DNA of 63,158 nt, filler included, from Octopus bimaculoides (Eukaryota), in assembly GCF_001194135.2 (NCBI RefSeq). It is 5 parts of 5 records of this genome, joined end to end, with 100 filler letters (N's around TTAATTAATTAA, not from the genome) between each part and the next. Parts side by side here need not be neighbours in the genome. Positions count along the whole stretch, not along the records: positions 51,148 to 63,158 come from NC_068986.1; 4 more parts are not named here. One strand, given 5' to 3'. The stretch's first letter is position 1, and every line of letters begins with the position of its first letter. Of this stretch, positions 51,629 through 63,158 are shown piece after piece. Below the pieces are notes generated by a model. The model was not told where the DNA came from, did no database searches, and worked only from the letters and a program-made list of their open reading frames with translations. A program made the translations under genes and the position numbers.

Positions 51629-53466
51629 CAGCACAGTGTATATTACCAAAGCGAATACTAACAAATTATGTCGGCAAACATAATTAAGAAGGTATAGATA
51701 TTGTTTGATTTTGGCTGACAAAAGTTTTAAAAATCCAGTAGCAATAGCAAAGAGAACATCAATTAAACAACAGCAAGAACAAGAGAATTATTGAATCACA
51801 ACCTCTTACACAATTTGACTGTAATATGAGTATAAAATTGACGGATTATTATAAGCTGTGACAGAATCATTCACCTGATATCGTTTCGTAAACTGTCAGT
51901 TATATTATATATATGATATTCTCAAAGACAGCACCATTTGAGAGAATGATATAGTATACTATAAATCTGAAGAAAACCTCAGTGTGAAGTTGACGAGAGT
52001 CCAATGACTCAAACAAGCAAAAGGTAAAATCTAAAAACATAACTGCGTGAGACCTCGTAGAACTTAAAGTATTTTAAAAATTGATTTACACAATATGCCG
52101 ACAGAATTCAAGCCTCCAATTCATCTGTTGTTTATCAGATACCATCGAAGCAGCTGCTTTCATGTCAGTTCACAACACAATATTATAATAATAAGTAACT
52201 TGAAAACATTGACGCTCTTATACTTAACGACCATCTGTTTTCTCCGTAATATGCCGGCCTTTGTATGTAGGATTTGTCTGGCTTACATTATTGGGACTGG
52301 TTTTCATTAGTTTTGATTTTTAGTTATTTATGTTGTTTTTACTTAATGCCACTCTGTAGCATTATGTAAGCTAATGACATCTACAAAATATCTTCTAGAA
52401 TATTTATTATCTTGAACTCGTCAATATGTCGGGCAAAATTCTATCTGAGATTCTTAAGTACATGAAATGTTGATAGCAGCGATAAACAAAGAGCATAAAA
52501 GAAAAACAATCAGAAAATTTTTCAAAACACATAACAAAAAAAAAACAACAACATGAAAGGAAAACAAATTCTGCAAAAATGCAGTACTAGCAATAAAATA
52601 ATAATAAATGATGTAGAATGGAAACAACAAAGCAATAAACAGAAAACCTACTTAACAGAAATAGCTGTGTGTCTCTTATTGTCGATAAAAGGTGTCATTT
52701 AAAATATTCTATTAAATGCGTCGAGAGAAGGAAAAAATTAAATCAACACGATTACATGCAAACAATGAAATAATGAAACGTCCAACAAAGCAAGGCATTT
52801 TAAAAGAAAACAAAAGTCAAATGAAACAAACAAACAAATTTACATGATACATTTTGGATTGAATTGATGTAATCTACGTTGTAAAATTCTTTAAACAAAC
52901 TTTACTATTACTTTCAATGTTTGCTGAACACAAGAAAGCTTTTATTTATTCTAAGAACCATCAACAACCAATAGAAAACTCTCTCTCTCTCCTTTTCTCA
53001 CTCTCTTCTTTTCGCTCTCTCCCTCTCCGTCTCCATCGCACACACACACACACACAGACAAACACACATACATCAGCAACGAATAGCATGTATAGAGAAA
53101 TTGAATTCTGTTCGTAAAAAACATTATTGTAGAAAAATCTGTTTGGTATTAGTCCGGCACATTGGTACGGATAGCTGAGAACAGGAGTTCATCTCGTTGA
53201 ATTATATAGTTTTAAAACACTTAATGTAGCCTTGTCGCCAGTTATTGTAAGGGAGATAATAATTTCTAGATAAATGTTGGTGGGATAAGAAGTTTGAATT
53301 TTACATCGAACACCAAGAAAGATGGATAGACTATACATATTTTATTTATTATTGTGCTCACTCTATACTAATATTTTAAAACTTTTTGATACAGGTAATC
53401 ATACATAGCGAGATTATAAACTAGAAATCTGTACAGATTTTGAATTTATACACACACACTCGTGTA

Positions 53467-53548
<82 letters not shown>

Positions 53549-53789
53549 GTTCAAATGTTGACGTTATTAACCAGCAGTTTTCACTTCATAAATTTGGCAT
53601 GAAATCAAAATATACAATTATCAGAACAGGAATGCCTCTGATTACCTTTGTTCACTGAAGGGAGACTGTAAACTCAATCTCCGACTCCACTCTCTACTGT
53701 CCACCTCAAACATTTAAGAGAAGTGCCAGTGAAAAGTCGCATTCATCTGCTTGAAATGAAGTCGTACACCCGCATCTGATACTTCATGT

Positions 53790-53998
53790 TATTTATTATT
53801 TTCTACTCTAGTCGCAAAGCCTGAAATTTTAGGGCCAGTCGATTAAATCGACTCCAGTACGCAACTGGTACTTAGTCTCTAGACCCCAAAATGATGAAAG
53901 GCAAAGTCGACCTCTGCGGAATTTGAACTCAGAAAGTAAAGACACATGAAATACCGCTAAGCATTTCACCCGGTGTGCTAACGTTTCTGCCAGGTCAC
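53790..53998 (-). mobile_element. SINE family D
   Basis: ttttctactcta...aaggcaaagtcgacctctgcggaatttgaactcagaa...ctaacgtttctgccag. Confidence 0.9.
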
Positions 53999-54019
53999 CG
54001 ACTTGCTTCATGTTTTTTT

Positions 54020-54480
54020 ATTGCCACTTCTCGGTTACTCTCTAGCTCACCCTCTACTTGAGAATTCTCTATCAACACTTCCATACTAAATCTTATCGAT
54101 TCCAAACTAACTGCTCATTTAGGGGTTCTCCACGAACTCCATCTTTGCTAACTCTCCAATTTGAACCCTCTATACTTGTCAAGCAGGGAAAGAGGCGTTA
54201 AGATTCGAGTATCCAAATACCTGCCAATTCAACCTCTCTAAGTCGACAGATGATATCACGAATGTGTGAACTGTATAGCTGATTGCACAAATCATGTACA
54301 GCTACCTATTGGCTAAGAAAATACTCTGCCTAGAACGAACTGGATGAACCGATAACAGTTGTCCATGACCAAATTTTGGGTGCTCAAGAATCCATTCGAG
54401 TCCTGTCAGCTAGTTTGCGAGTCTTTTTTCGAATATTCCTCTTTCCCATAGGCCCATACAATTCAGACGTGCATCAAAGA
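54020..54480 (-). mobile_element. Heavily decayed L1/Tx1-like endonuclease-region fragment
   Basis: The minus strand reads KIWSWTTVIGSSSSF*AEYFLS...LAGIW, resembling the xWTWxxxxGxSxSYLDRV...LAGYWKFN region. Many stops. Confidence 0.35.
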
Positions 54481-54559
54481 AACACTTCAAACGGTTGAAG
54501 AAAATTGGCTGCTTCTTACCAGTTGAGGTACACACAGTGACTACATTGAATGCATACAC

Positions 54560-54800
<241 letters not shown>

Positions 54801-54946
54801 GTTGTGTTCAAAGAAACGTTGGCGTTTCTCATACCGGCGGATCCTTTGTGCTTTGGCAAGGATATCTTGCTTTAGTTTTTCTTTTGCCTCAGGTAAGTCT
54901 TTTTCTGTAATGCTGTATTCTGAATAATAATAATATTAATAATAAC

Positions 54947-54994
<48 letters not shown>

Positions 54995-54995
<1 letters not shown>

Positions 54996-55290
54996 GCATT
55001 ACCAGACAGAGGCTCTCAATGCAGTACCAGGAAGTGGTTCTCATAGTTTCTAGTCTTAACTGATTGTTTTGTCTTGGTACGAACAATGAGCTACAGCAAA
55101 TATTCTGCAAATATTCTGCTCAATACAACAGATTTGCTTGTCAGTTGTTTGACCTTAACCAGTTGAGCATCTCTCTTAGTGGCTGATGATATATGCATCT
55201 CTAATCACGAGGAGATGTAGTTAGGGAGCATCATAGCCATGTGTTGAGAGGTATTGTTTAGGATTTCGATAATTCACCTCTAGAAACATC
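54995..55290 (-). mobile_element. Repeat family C, with its 3' end running into the (AAT)n run at 54920-54995
   Basis: Reverse complement of 56560-56850. Confidence 0.85.
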
Positions 55291-55950
55291 GGTGTTTCTG
55301 AAAACAGAGCTCAATGCAAGAAACAAGATAAGAGGTATCAACACTCTAGCCGTCCCAGTTATAAGTTACGGCTACAATACCCTTAAGTGAACACTAAACG
55401 AACTAATCAAAATAGACAGGAATACAAGAAGAATAATGTCAGGATTAAGGATGCACCACCGAAAATCTGACATAGAAAGGGTATATATAAAACGTATAGA
55501 AGTTTGTAGAAGCCTTATACACCTATAAAACTATTACAAAATAACCACCATAGGACTATAAATATACCTACTTCAGAAGCAAGGAAGTCTAAAACAAATA
55601 GCCACAAAACACGAACAAAACAAAAACTATTTTAAGTTTATAAGGAAGCTGACAAATACAAAAGAGAAGTAATGCTACCGAACAGGTATGAAGAAAAAGA
55701 AGAAACAACAAAAGCTATAAAACAACTGAAATCCAAACTAAAATTAGACCAGCAACAGATCATGATAAAACGATGGCACGAAAAGCCCCTTCATGACAAA
55801 TACTGGGCTAATCTAAACGCAAAAGAAATAGACAAAGCATTATCCCAACGAAAGCTGAGACTAAAGGATTTTTAATTACAGCACAAGACCAATGCATCTC
55901 CAACAGAAATTACCAACAATCTAAGTGGAAGGACGTGATGAAAATAAGAC
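55290..55950 (+). mobile_element. R4/Dong-like non-LTR retrotransposon fragment, RT C-terminal/thumb and linker region
   Basis: Reads LKTELNARNKIRGINTLAVPVISYGYNTLK*TLNELIKIDRNTRRIMSGLRMHHRKSDIERVYIKR...RWHEKPLHDKYW...ETKGFLITAQDQCISNRNY. These match the AINTxAVPVxxY, HPKSDxxRLYxxR, KPLHG and EGFxxAxQDQ motifs of the R4 clade. Confidence 0.9.
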
Positions 55951-55964
55951 TACTGAATGATAAT

Positions 55965-56145
55965 AATAATAATCCTTTCTACTATACGCACAAGGCCAGA
56001 AATTAGGGGAGGAGACTAGCCGATGACATCGACACCAGGATTTAAATGTTCAACCCCAAAATGATGAAAGGCAAAGATGTCCTTGGTGCAATTGGAGCTC
56101 AGAACGTCAAGGCGAACGAAACACCGCTAAGCCATCTCACCGTCT
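55965..56145 (-). mobile_element. Diverged SINE family D
   Basis: taataataatcctttctactatacgcacaaggcc...gatgaaaggcaaag...gagctcagaacg. Confidence 0.75.
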
Positions 56146-56456
56146 TAATAACAATACTAATTATAATAATTATATGCTGCAAAATATCCAAAAATAAACA
56201 TCTAGGCCAAATCAGCGTCAGCAGACATTGACTGGTGTTACATTGACCTATGTCGCTTTGGATTGCTCCACATGTTTTTCGTCCCTGGTAACCAGTAAAA
56301 AACAATATTATAATTATTATTGAGAGAGAGAGAGAGAGAGATGTGCATGTCATCAAAGTGACATTGGGTAAAATATACGAAGCCCAGTATATCAATCATT
56401 ACTACCCGTCTGATTAGGGTACACCCGCCACATACATGACAAGCACATGTGCGCGC

Positions 56457-56850
56457 CATGATCTTGCAAGTGGGGCCCAGTTAGAATTTTTTTCAGGTGG
56501 AGCAGCCTATTCCGCTCAAAAGGTCTCTGAATACGGGTTGCTTAAGAATGTTAAACGAAACACCCATATTTCCAAAGGTGAATTATCTAAACGCCAAAGA
56601 GTTCCTCTCAACACATGGTTACGATGCTTCCCAGCTACTTCTGCACGTGATCAGAAATGCACATAACGTTAGCCACTAAGAGACATGCTTAACTGGTTAA
56701 AGTCAAACAACTAACAAGCAAACCTGTGCTATTGAGCAGAATATTTGCTGTAGCCCATCTTTTATACCAAACAATATACATGATAGCACTTCCAATCAGT
56801 TAAGATCAGAAGCCATGAGAGCTACTGCCTGGTACTGTATCAGAGCCTTA
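56457..56850 (+). mobile_element. Repeat family C, longest copy
   Basis: Shares sequence with 40745-41050 and 54995-55290; open frame QVEQPIPLKRSLNTGCLRMLNETPIFPKVNYLNAKEFLSTHGYDASQLLLHVIRNAHNVSH*. Confidence 0.8.
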
Positions 56851-56887
56851 TCATAATTTTCATTATATTTTTCATCATCATCATCAG

Positions 56888-56940
<53 letters not shown>

Positions 56941-57079
56941 CCAACATCATGTCTTTCTTCGTCTTTCTTCGTCTTTGAATCTGGTTTCCATTTCTTGCCG
57001 GGTGTCTTCCTGGCACCTAGGGCAGAGAAACTGACTGTATACACTATTTGGCCATTGAAATAAACACATTAGATTGTTA

Positions 57080-57159
57080 ATCTTCTTCTTCTTCTTCTTC
57101 TTCTTCTTCTTCTTCTTCTTCTTCTTCTTCTTCTTCTTCTTCTTCTTCTTCTTCTTCTT

Positions 57160-57197
<38 letters not shown>

Positions 57198-57205
57198 CAT
57201 TATTA

Positions 57206-57288
<83 letters not shown>

Positions 57289-57290
57289 GC
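57080..57290. repeat. (CTT)n followed by (ATT)n microsatellite
   Basis: Direct inspection. Confidence 0.95.
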
Positions 57291-58054
57291 ATCGTGGATA
57301 AATTTGTTGTTGACAGTTGGCCATGTTTTGCTGCTATGCATGTGTTGCAATTTTATCTAAAATAATTTCTCCACACATTATCGCAAAGAAGATTAACTAA
57401 AAAGACTTTTGTAGAAAAAAAAATAGAGTTTTCCAGCCATCACTTATCACTAATTGTGAGCGTGGCAGCGTACATTGAATCTCCGCATGTCTTCGGTCGT
57501 GAGATGGATATAAACATCCAAATATATATATTTCTCTCAGCTTAATTATATTACAAGTACGACAGAACGACTACAACCAAATATTTGAGAAAATGACTCT
57601 AATAGACAAACATTTTTTCGTAAAAATTCCTTTAAAGGAACAAAAAGTGACAACAAAAAAACCCTGAAAATTCTCTTTATGAAAATAATGTTATTTTCTT
57701 CATCGCTATATAAGCTTTTTCCTTTCTTCTCAACCTCTCTCTCTCTCTCTGTTTATGTTTCCGATTTTAAAAAACAAATCTGTTCGTCTCCTCTAATTGG
57801 AAAAATGGCTGATTGTCACTCGATTTTCAAAAAATGCTCTGTCTTTCGTTATCATAATGAAGAGATACAATAAATTCCAATATTATCAATATATGAATAC
57901 GTGTTAGGATTTTTACAGTAATTGTTTCGCCTTGGTTCGCATGAAATATGTAAACAATTTATCCGAGTGTTACAGAAAAGAGTAAAATGAATGAACCAAT
58001 CAAACACAACACATATATTCACACACACACACAGACACACTCACAGGCACACAC

Positions 58055-58091
<37 letters not shown>

Positions 58092-58907
58092 CACGTATGC
58101 GTGCATGTATGAATGTATGCATGTATGTATGTATATATTCATATAAATATACATACACACACATAAATACATACATACATATATAGATAGACACACACAC
58201 ACACATACACATATATATGACACATATATACGGTGCTATTGAGTCCAGGAATCGAAACCGAAATCTTACGATCATGATGCTGACACGCTAATTACTAAGC
58301 CATGTCCCCCCCCCCCACACACATTATTATATAGGTATGTATATGAAGCCGATTTGTTCGACTAAAGCTGGTTCTCCGGCATGGGTGCAGTCAAATCACG
58401 GAAACAAGTAAAAAATATAAGAATAAAAGAATATATATGTAGCTCACACGTATACACTCATGCACGTGCACACATACACACGCACGCACTGACACATACA
58501 CACGCGCTGACACACACACATGCGCTGACACAAACACACACATATACATATACCCATACATAAAAAGGACACATCAATACATACGTACATTAGTAAATAT
58601 ATTTGCTGCTACACATCTCTACGTACAGTAAATCACGCGCTGAAGTGGGAAAGATTAAATAACGTAAAAGGCGAATATGTTTTTTTCTTTTCGCTTCATG
58701 TTACATGTATATACGTGCATACACATACATAAATATCTACATGCACTCTCACAAACACACGTGCCCCAACGCATAAAACTACATACACTTATATATACGC
58801 TCATAAAAACACACAAACGCGAGAGCGGTAGTATGTGCGTATGCGTGGACACATGTGGAGATAAATGTATCTGTTAGGGATACAATTTCGCTTGCTACAG
58901 TGTAGAG

Positions 58908-59436
58908 CATGGGTCAGCAAACTGTTTTCTCGGCAGGCCAGATAACTGAGTTAATGACCAGCGCGGGCCGCATAACCATTTGGTTCAATACAGTACAGTG
59001 AATACACAAAAAATAAGAAAAGTACAATATTTATTTACAAAAATGATATCAAAGAAGGCGACGTTAGAAATGCAATAGCTAAATCACACCCAATGCGCAC
59101 ATGTCCGAATCTCACAAACTAAGTAGCAGAAAAAAATATGAAGGTTAGTGAGATTTGTGAAACTGGTACTTAGCTTTTAAGATATCAATATTTGCTTTGA
59201 AAATGCTGCATCCAACGAAGAGAATTGCTTTCAAATGTTCATCATTCAACTTCGTTCGATGTGCTGACTTCAGAGACTTCATTTTTGAAAATGTTTGCTC
59301 AGAGCCATAAGTTGTTCCAAGCACTGATGCCATAGCAGAGGCAAATGAACTCTCATTGCCGGTGCTTACACAAAAGGTACAGTGCCGCAGCGGGCCGGAT
59401 TAAGTGACCTCATGGGACGTAATTTGGTGACACGTG
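58908..59436 (-). mobile_element. 529-bp internally deleted hAT (Charlie/SPIN-like) element retaining the transposase C-terminus
   Basis: ORF 59145-59333 MASVLGTTYGSEQTFSKMKSLKSAHRTKLNDEHLKAIL matches the FGSTYxCEQxFSxMKxxKSxxRSxLxDxHL dimerisation-domain end. TIRs catgggtcagcaaac / atttggtgacacgtg; TSD gtgtagag versus gtgcagag. Confidence 0.9.
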
Positions 59437-59519
59437 GTGCAGAGTAACCATATTTGTACACTCTAGTATATGTATGTACACGCACGGCCGTAAACATATT
59501 CATACAGTCATAAATACAT

Positions 59520-59555
<36 letters not shown>

Positions 59556-59619
59556 GGAGAGAGAGAGAGNNNNNNNNNNGAGAGAGAGAGAGAGAGAGAA
59601 AGAGGGAGAGAGAGAAGAA

Positions 59620-59745
59620 AAACACCGACGGCTCCAGTTTTCGTCCAGCTGCAATCATCAGCTGCGTGCCGTGCTTCAGCGAGATTTCGACCCATTATGC
59701 TCAGCATCTCCCCACTGAGCATAATGGCGAACCACGGCACACAGC
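59620..59745. other. GC-richer unique island with nested inverted repeats
   Basis: Perfect 13-bp inverted repeat ccattatgctcag (59692-59704) / ctgagcataatgg (59715-59727); outer 8-bp inverted repeat gtgccgtg (59666-59673) / cacggcac (59733-59740). Confidence 0.7.
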
Positions 59746-60996
59746 CTCTAGCATAAATATGAATGAATATGCGATTGACTGCACTCGCAGATACACACAC
59801 TCACTCACTCAACTATGTGTAAATGTATATACGCCCAAATTGGCACAATCGAAAAGCACGCAGGCAACCACTTTAGAATACGGAATAGCAATTTTCATCG
59901 TCACAATAGATTTGAGGCTTTATTTTTCTGCAAGAAGGTAGGGTAATAATTCTGCTAAAGATCAGTTAGGAGGAAGAAAAAATGCAATGACAAAGTGTGG
60001 ACGATACAAAATATAACACAGGATAAGTAAAGGGAAATTATGAGCCTTGCGCAATTATGGGGGATGGAGATGTTATTTCTCAGAGAAGGCGTAAACACAT
60101 AAACATGGGGCCAGTTGCTGAAATTCTAGTTTTTGGTTCTTGCTCGAGTAAGCAGATACTCGGAATAAGATGATCATCCTTTATATTGTACAAAATATTC
60201 CCATATGAGCATATATGTATATACAAGCAAATATATAGGCATATATATATTTAAACATACCTAAATTAATAAAGACAAACATAATGCGTACGCGTGTATG
60301 TATGCATATACACTTTCATATAATTTTCCGTTTTGCGATATCATAATAAAACATAGCTATTCTGCAGCATATACGTTTATTTAATCTATCGCTATTATAG
60401 CAAAGCATTCGTAGAATAACCATTATGTCAATTTAATTAACGTTCATTCATTCATGAAGTATATATGTATGTATATAATTATTTTTCATCTTCGATGCGT
60501 GTCATATTTGTTTATTTTAACCTGAATTTATTTGACTCTAGTCTTCTAAATTTGATCTCCGTATTGTCTCATGAAATAAATGCACAAACAAATAAAGAAA
60601 GAATATGAAAAGAAAAATATCTCTTTAATGAAGAGCATTTATTTATGATTATTTTTCCGTAAATTATATATATATATTTTATTTTGTATTGTTATATATA
60701 CATTTGACATAACGTCAATGATATACTTCATAATAATTTATATGATCTTTATGATTGTTTAGTTTTAAAATAATTTTTTTTTTTCAACTTCGTTTAAAGA
60801 ATTATATTGCACATTTTCCTAGATTTTATATATTACTTCTTGCCACGTTCATGAACGATTAATATGAGATTTCCTTCGTTTGTTTTCATCTTTCTTTTCC
60901 CCGCTATTTTGCTTTGAATGTTTGCCATACATGTTAAGTAATCAATACACAGATTTGCTTAGATACATGTACATTCATATCCTACTATATACACAC

Positions 60997-61040
<44 letters not shown>

Positions 61041-62103
61041 GTGTGTGTGTGTGTATATATATATACATATATATATATGTATTTGTGTATATAAATGTTT
61101 ATATGTATGTATTCAAATGCATATATATATGTGTGTATTTGTGGGTGTGTATCTTCTGTAAGTGTTTCTCCGTGTGTTTATTTACACATATACACGTATT
61201 GTTGCCCATACGCATATGCTTGTGTGAACGTGTACGCGTATGTGCATATATGTTTGTAATTAAATATAAACGTAAATAAATAATTTCGTAGTTACTGTAA
61301 TCTGGTTTGATTGATCTGTTTAGAATATGAAATCGCCTCTTCATTATATATATATATATACATATATATATANNNNNNNNNNNNNNNNNNNNNNNNNNNN
61401 NNNNNNNNNNNNNNNNNNNNNNNNNNNNNNNNNNNNNNNNNNNNNNNNNNNNNNNNNNNNNNNNNNNNNNNNNNNNNNNNNNNNNNNNNNNNNNNNNNNN
61501 NNNNNNNNNNNNNNNNNNNNNNNNNNNNNNNNNNNNNNNNNNNNNNNNNNNNNNNNNNNNNNNNNNNNNNNNNNNNNNNNNNNNNNNNNNNNNNNNNNNN
61601 NNNNNNNNNNNNNNNNNNNNNNNNNNNNNNNNNNNNNNNNNNNNNNNNNNNNNNNNNNNNNNNNNNNNNNNNNNNNNNNNNNNNNNNNNNNNNNNNNNNN
61701 NNNNNNNNNNNNNNNNNNNNNNNNNNNNNNNNNNNNNNNNNNNNNNNNNNNNNNNNNNNNNNNNNNNNNNNNNNNNNNNNNNNNNNNNNNNNNNNNNNNN
61801 NNNNNNNNNNNNNNNNNNNNNNNNNNNNNNNNNNNNNNNNNNNNNNNNNNNNNNNNNNNNNNNNNNNNNNNNNNNNNNNNNNNNNNNNNNNNNNNNNNNN
61901 NNNNNNNNNNNNNNNNNNNNNNNNNNNNNNNNNNNNNNNNNNNNNNNNNNNNNNNNNNNNNNNNNNNNNNNNNNNNNNNNNNNNNNNNNNNNNNNNNNNN
62001 NNNNNNNNNNNNNNNNNNNNNNNNNNNNNNNNNNNNNNNNNNNNNNNNNNNNNNNNNNNNNNNNNNNNNNNNNNNNNNNNNNNNNNNNNNNNACTCACAC
62101 ACT

Positions 62104-62166
<63 letters not shown>

Positions 62167-63158
62167 CACACACAGAAAATCCCACACATTCAAGAGAGTG
62201 ACACGCACACACAATCACGCAAAAAAATGTGGTGCACATATAAAAATATAAGTATATTTCTGTATCTGCTAGCCTCTACATATATATGTATATAGTTCTG
62301 TATTTAAGAGAGGAGGAATTATGTATATTAATTTATGTGCACAAATAAGAACCCAGGTTCGAAACTTCCCCAAAAGGCTGGAGGGTATATCAGCCGAACC
62401 ATAGTATTAACAACAAACAAGATGAGGACAAATATCCGTCAAAGTGAATAATGTAAATATATATATATGATATAGATTTAATCAAAAGATTAAATGGGGT
62501 ACTTAAAATGTATGTGGCACCAGAATTTGGTAGGGTAAAAACCAAAAACAAAATCAAGAGATTTGGTGAATAAAACTTGAAGAAAAGCAAGAAAAATGCA
62601 TCAGGTTATAGCAGTACGTACGTTTCGTACAAACATCATTTATTTATGTAGTGAGAACACCACGTAAGATGTGCAACGAAAATGTACTCCTCAGCTGCAT
62701 TACAAAATGACTTTCTGAAATGAACTGCCATCGCATACTTTTTCAAGTAAGTTTTATCTATCTATCTATCTATCTATCTANNNNNNNNNNNNNNNNNNNN
62801 NNNNNNNNNNNNNNNNNNNNNNNNNNNNNNNNNNNNNNNNNNNNNNNNNNNNNNNNNNNNNNNNNNNNNNNNNNNNNNNNTATGATTAACTAAGGATTGT
62901 ATGTATTATTAACCAAACGTATCTTTAAAAAACAAAACAATCAAACATTGAAAGCATGTTACTTTCATTAGTAAATGTCCTTAAATTTGTATTGAAGTAT
63001 AGTTGTCAGTAGGTAAGTAAACATTTCACTGCCTGTCAACTTCCGAACAGGACGTATGAGCTGTTGTCGTCTGCATCAGTCAAATAAACTTATCACATAA
63101 GACACGACTACGATAACCCGTACCTTTTTCCCACGGCACTAAAAAAAAAAAAAAAAAA

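Overview
This is AT-rich, microsatellite-saturated animal genomic DNA from a gapped draft scaffold, with many N gaps and four artificial 100-bp spacers carrying TTAATTAATTAA. The SINE families and repeat landscape resemble a coleoid cephalopod, most likely Octopus; this is an inference from remembered repeat sequences, not a database result. I found no confidently identifiable host protein-coding gene, rRNA, true tRNA or CRISPR array, so the window reads as intronic or intergenic DNA. Nearly all long ORFs in the track are microsatellite or N-gap artefacts. The real content is transposon relics: four R4/Dong-like RLE non-LTR fragments, one CRE-like RLE fragment, two L1/Tx1-like fragments, a full-length but decayed DD34D mariner (TIRs plus TA TSD), a DD37D/maT-like fragment, and hAT MITEs or derivatives with 8-bp TSDs. 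There are also dozens of tRNA-derived SINEs from at least three families (my labels B, D and M). The most interesting structure is: (i) SINE arrays whose copies are separated by repeated 15-21 bp target-like spacers, suggesting re-use of the same insertion site; (ii) R4-like elements docked on (AAT)n microsatellites, two of them tail-to-tail; (iii) an unassigned repeat (family C) with a shared reading frame and (ATT)n tail, fused head-to-head to an R4 RT fragment; and (iv) several fold-back structures that could be ADAR or small-RNA substrates. I did not find a convincing new biological system; these are leads only.
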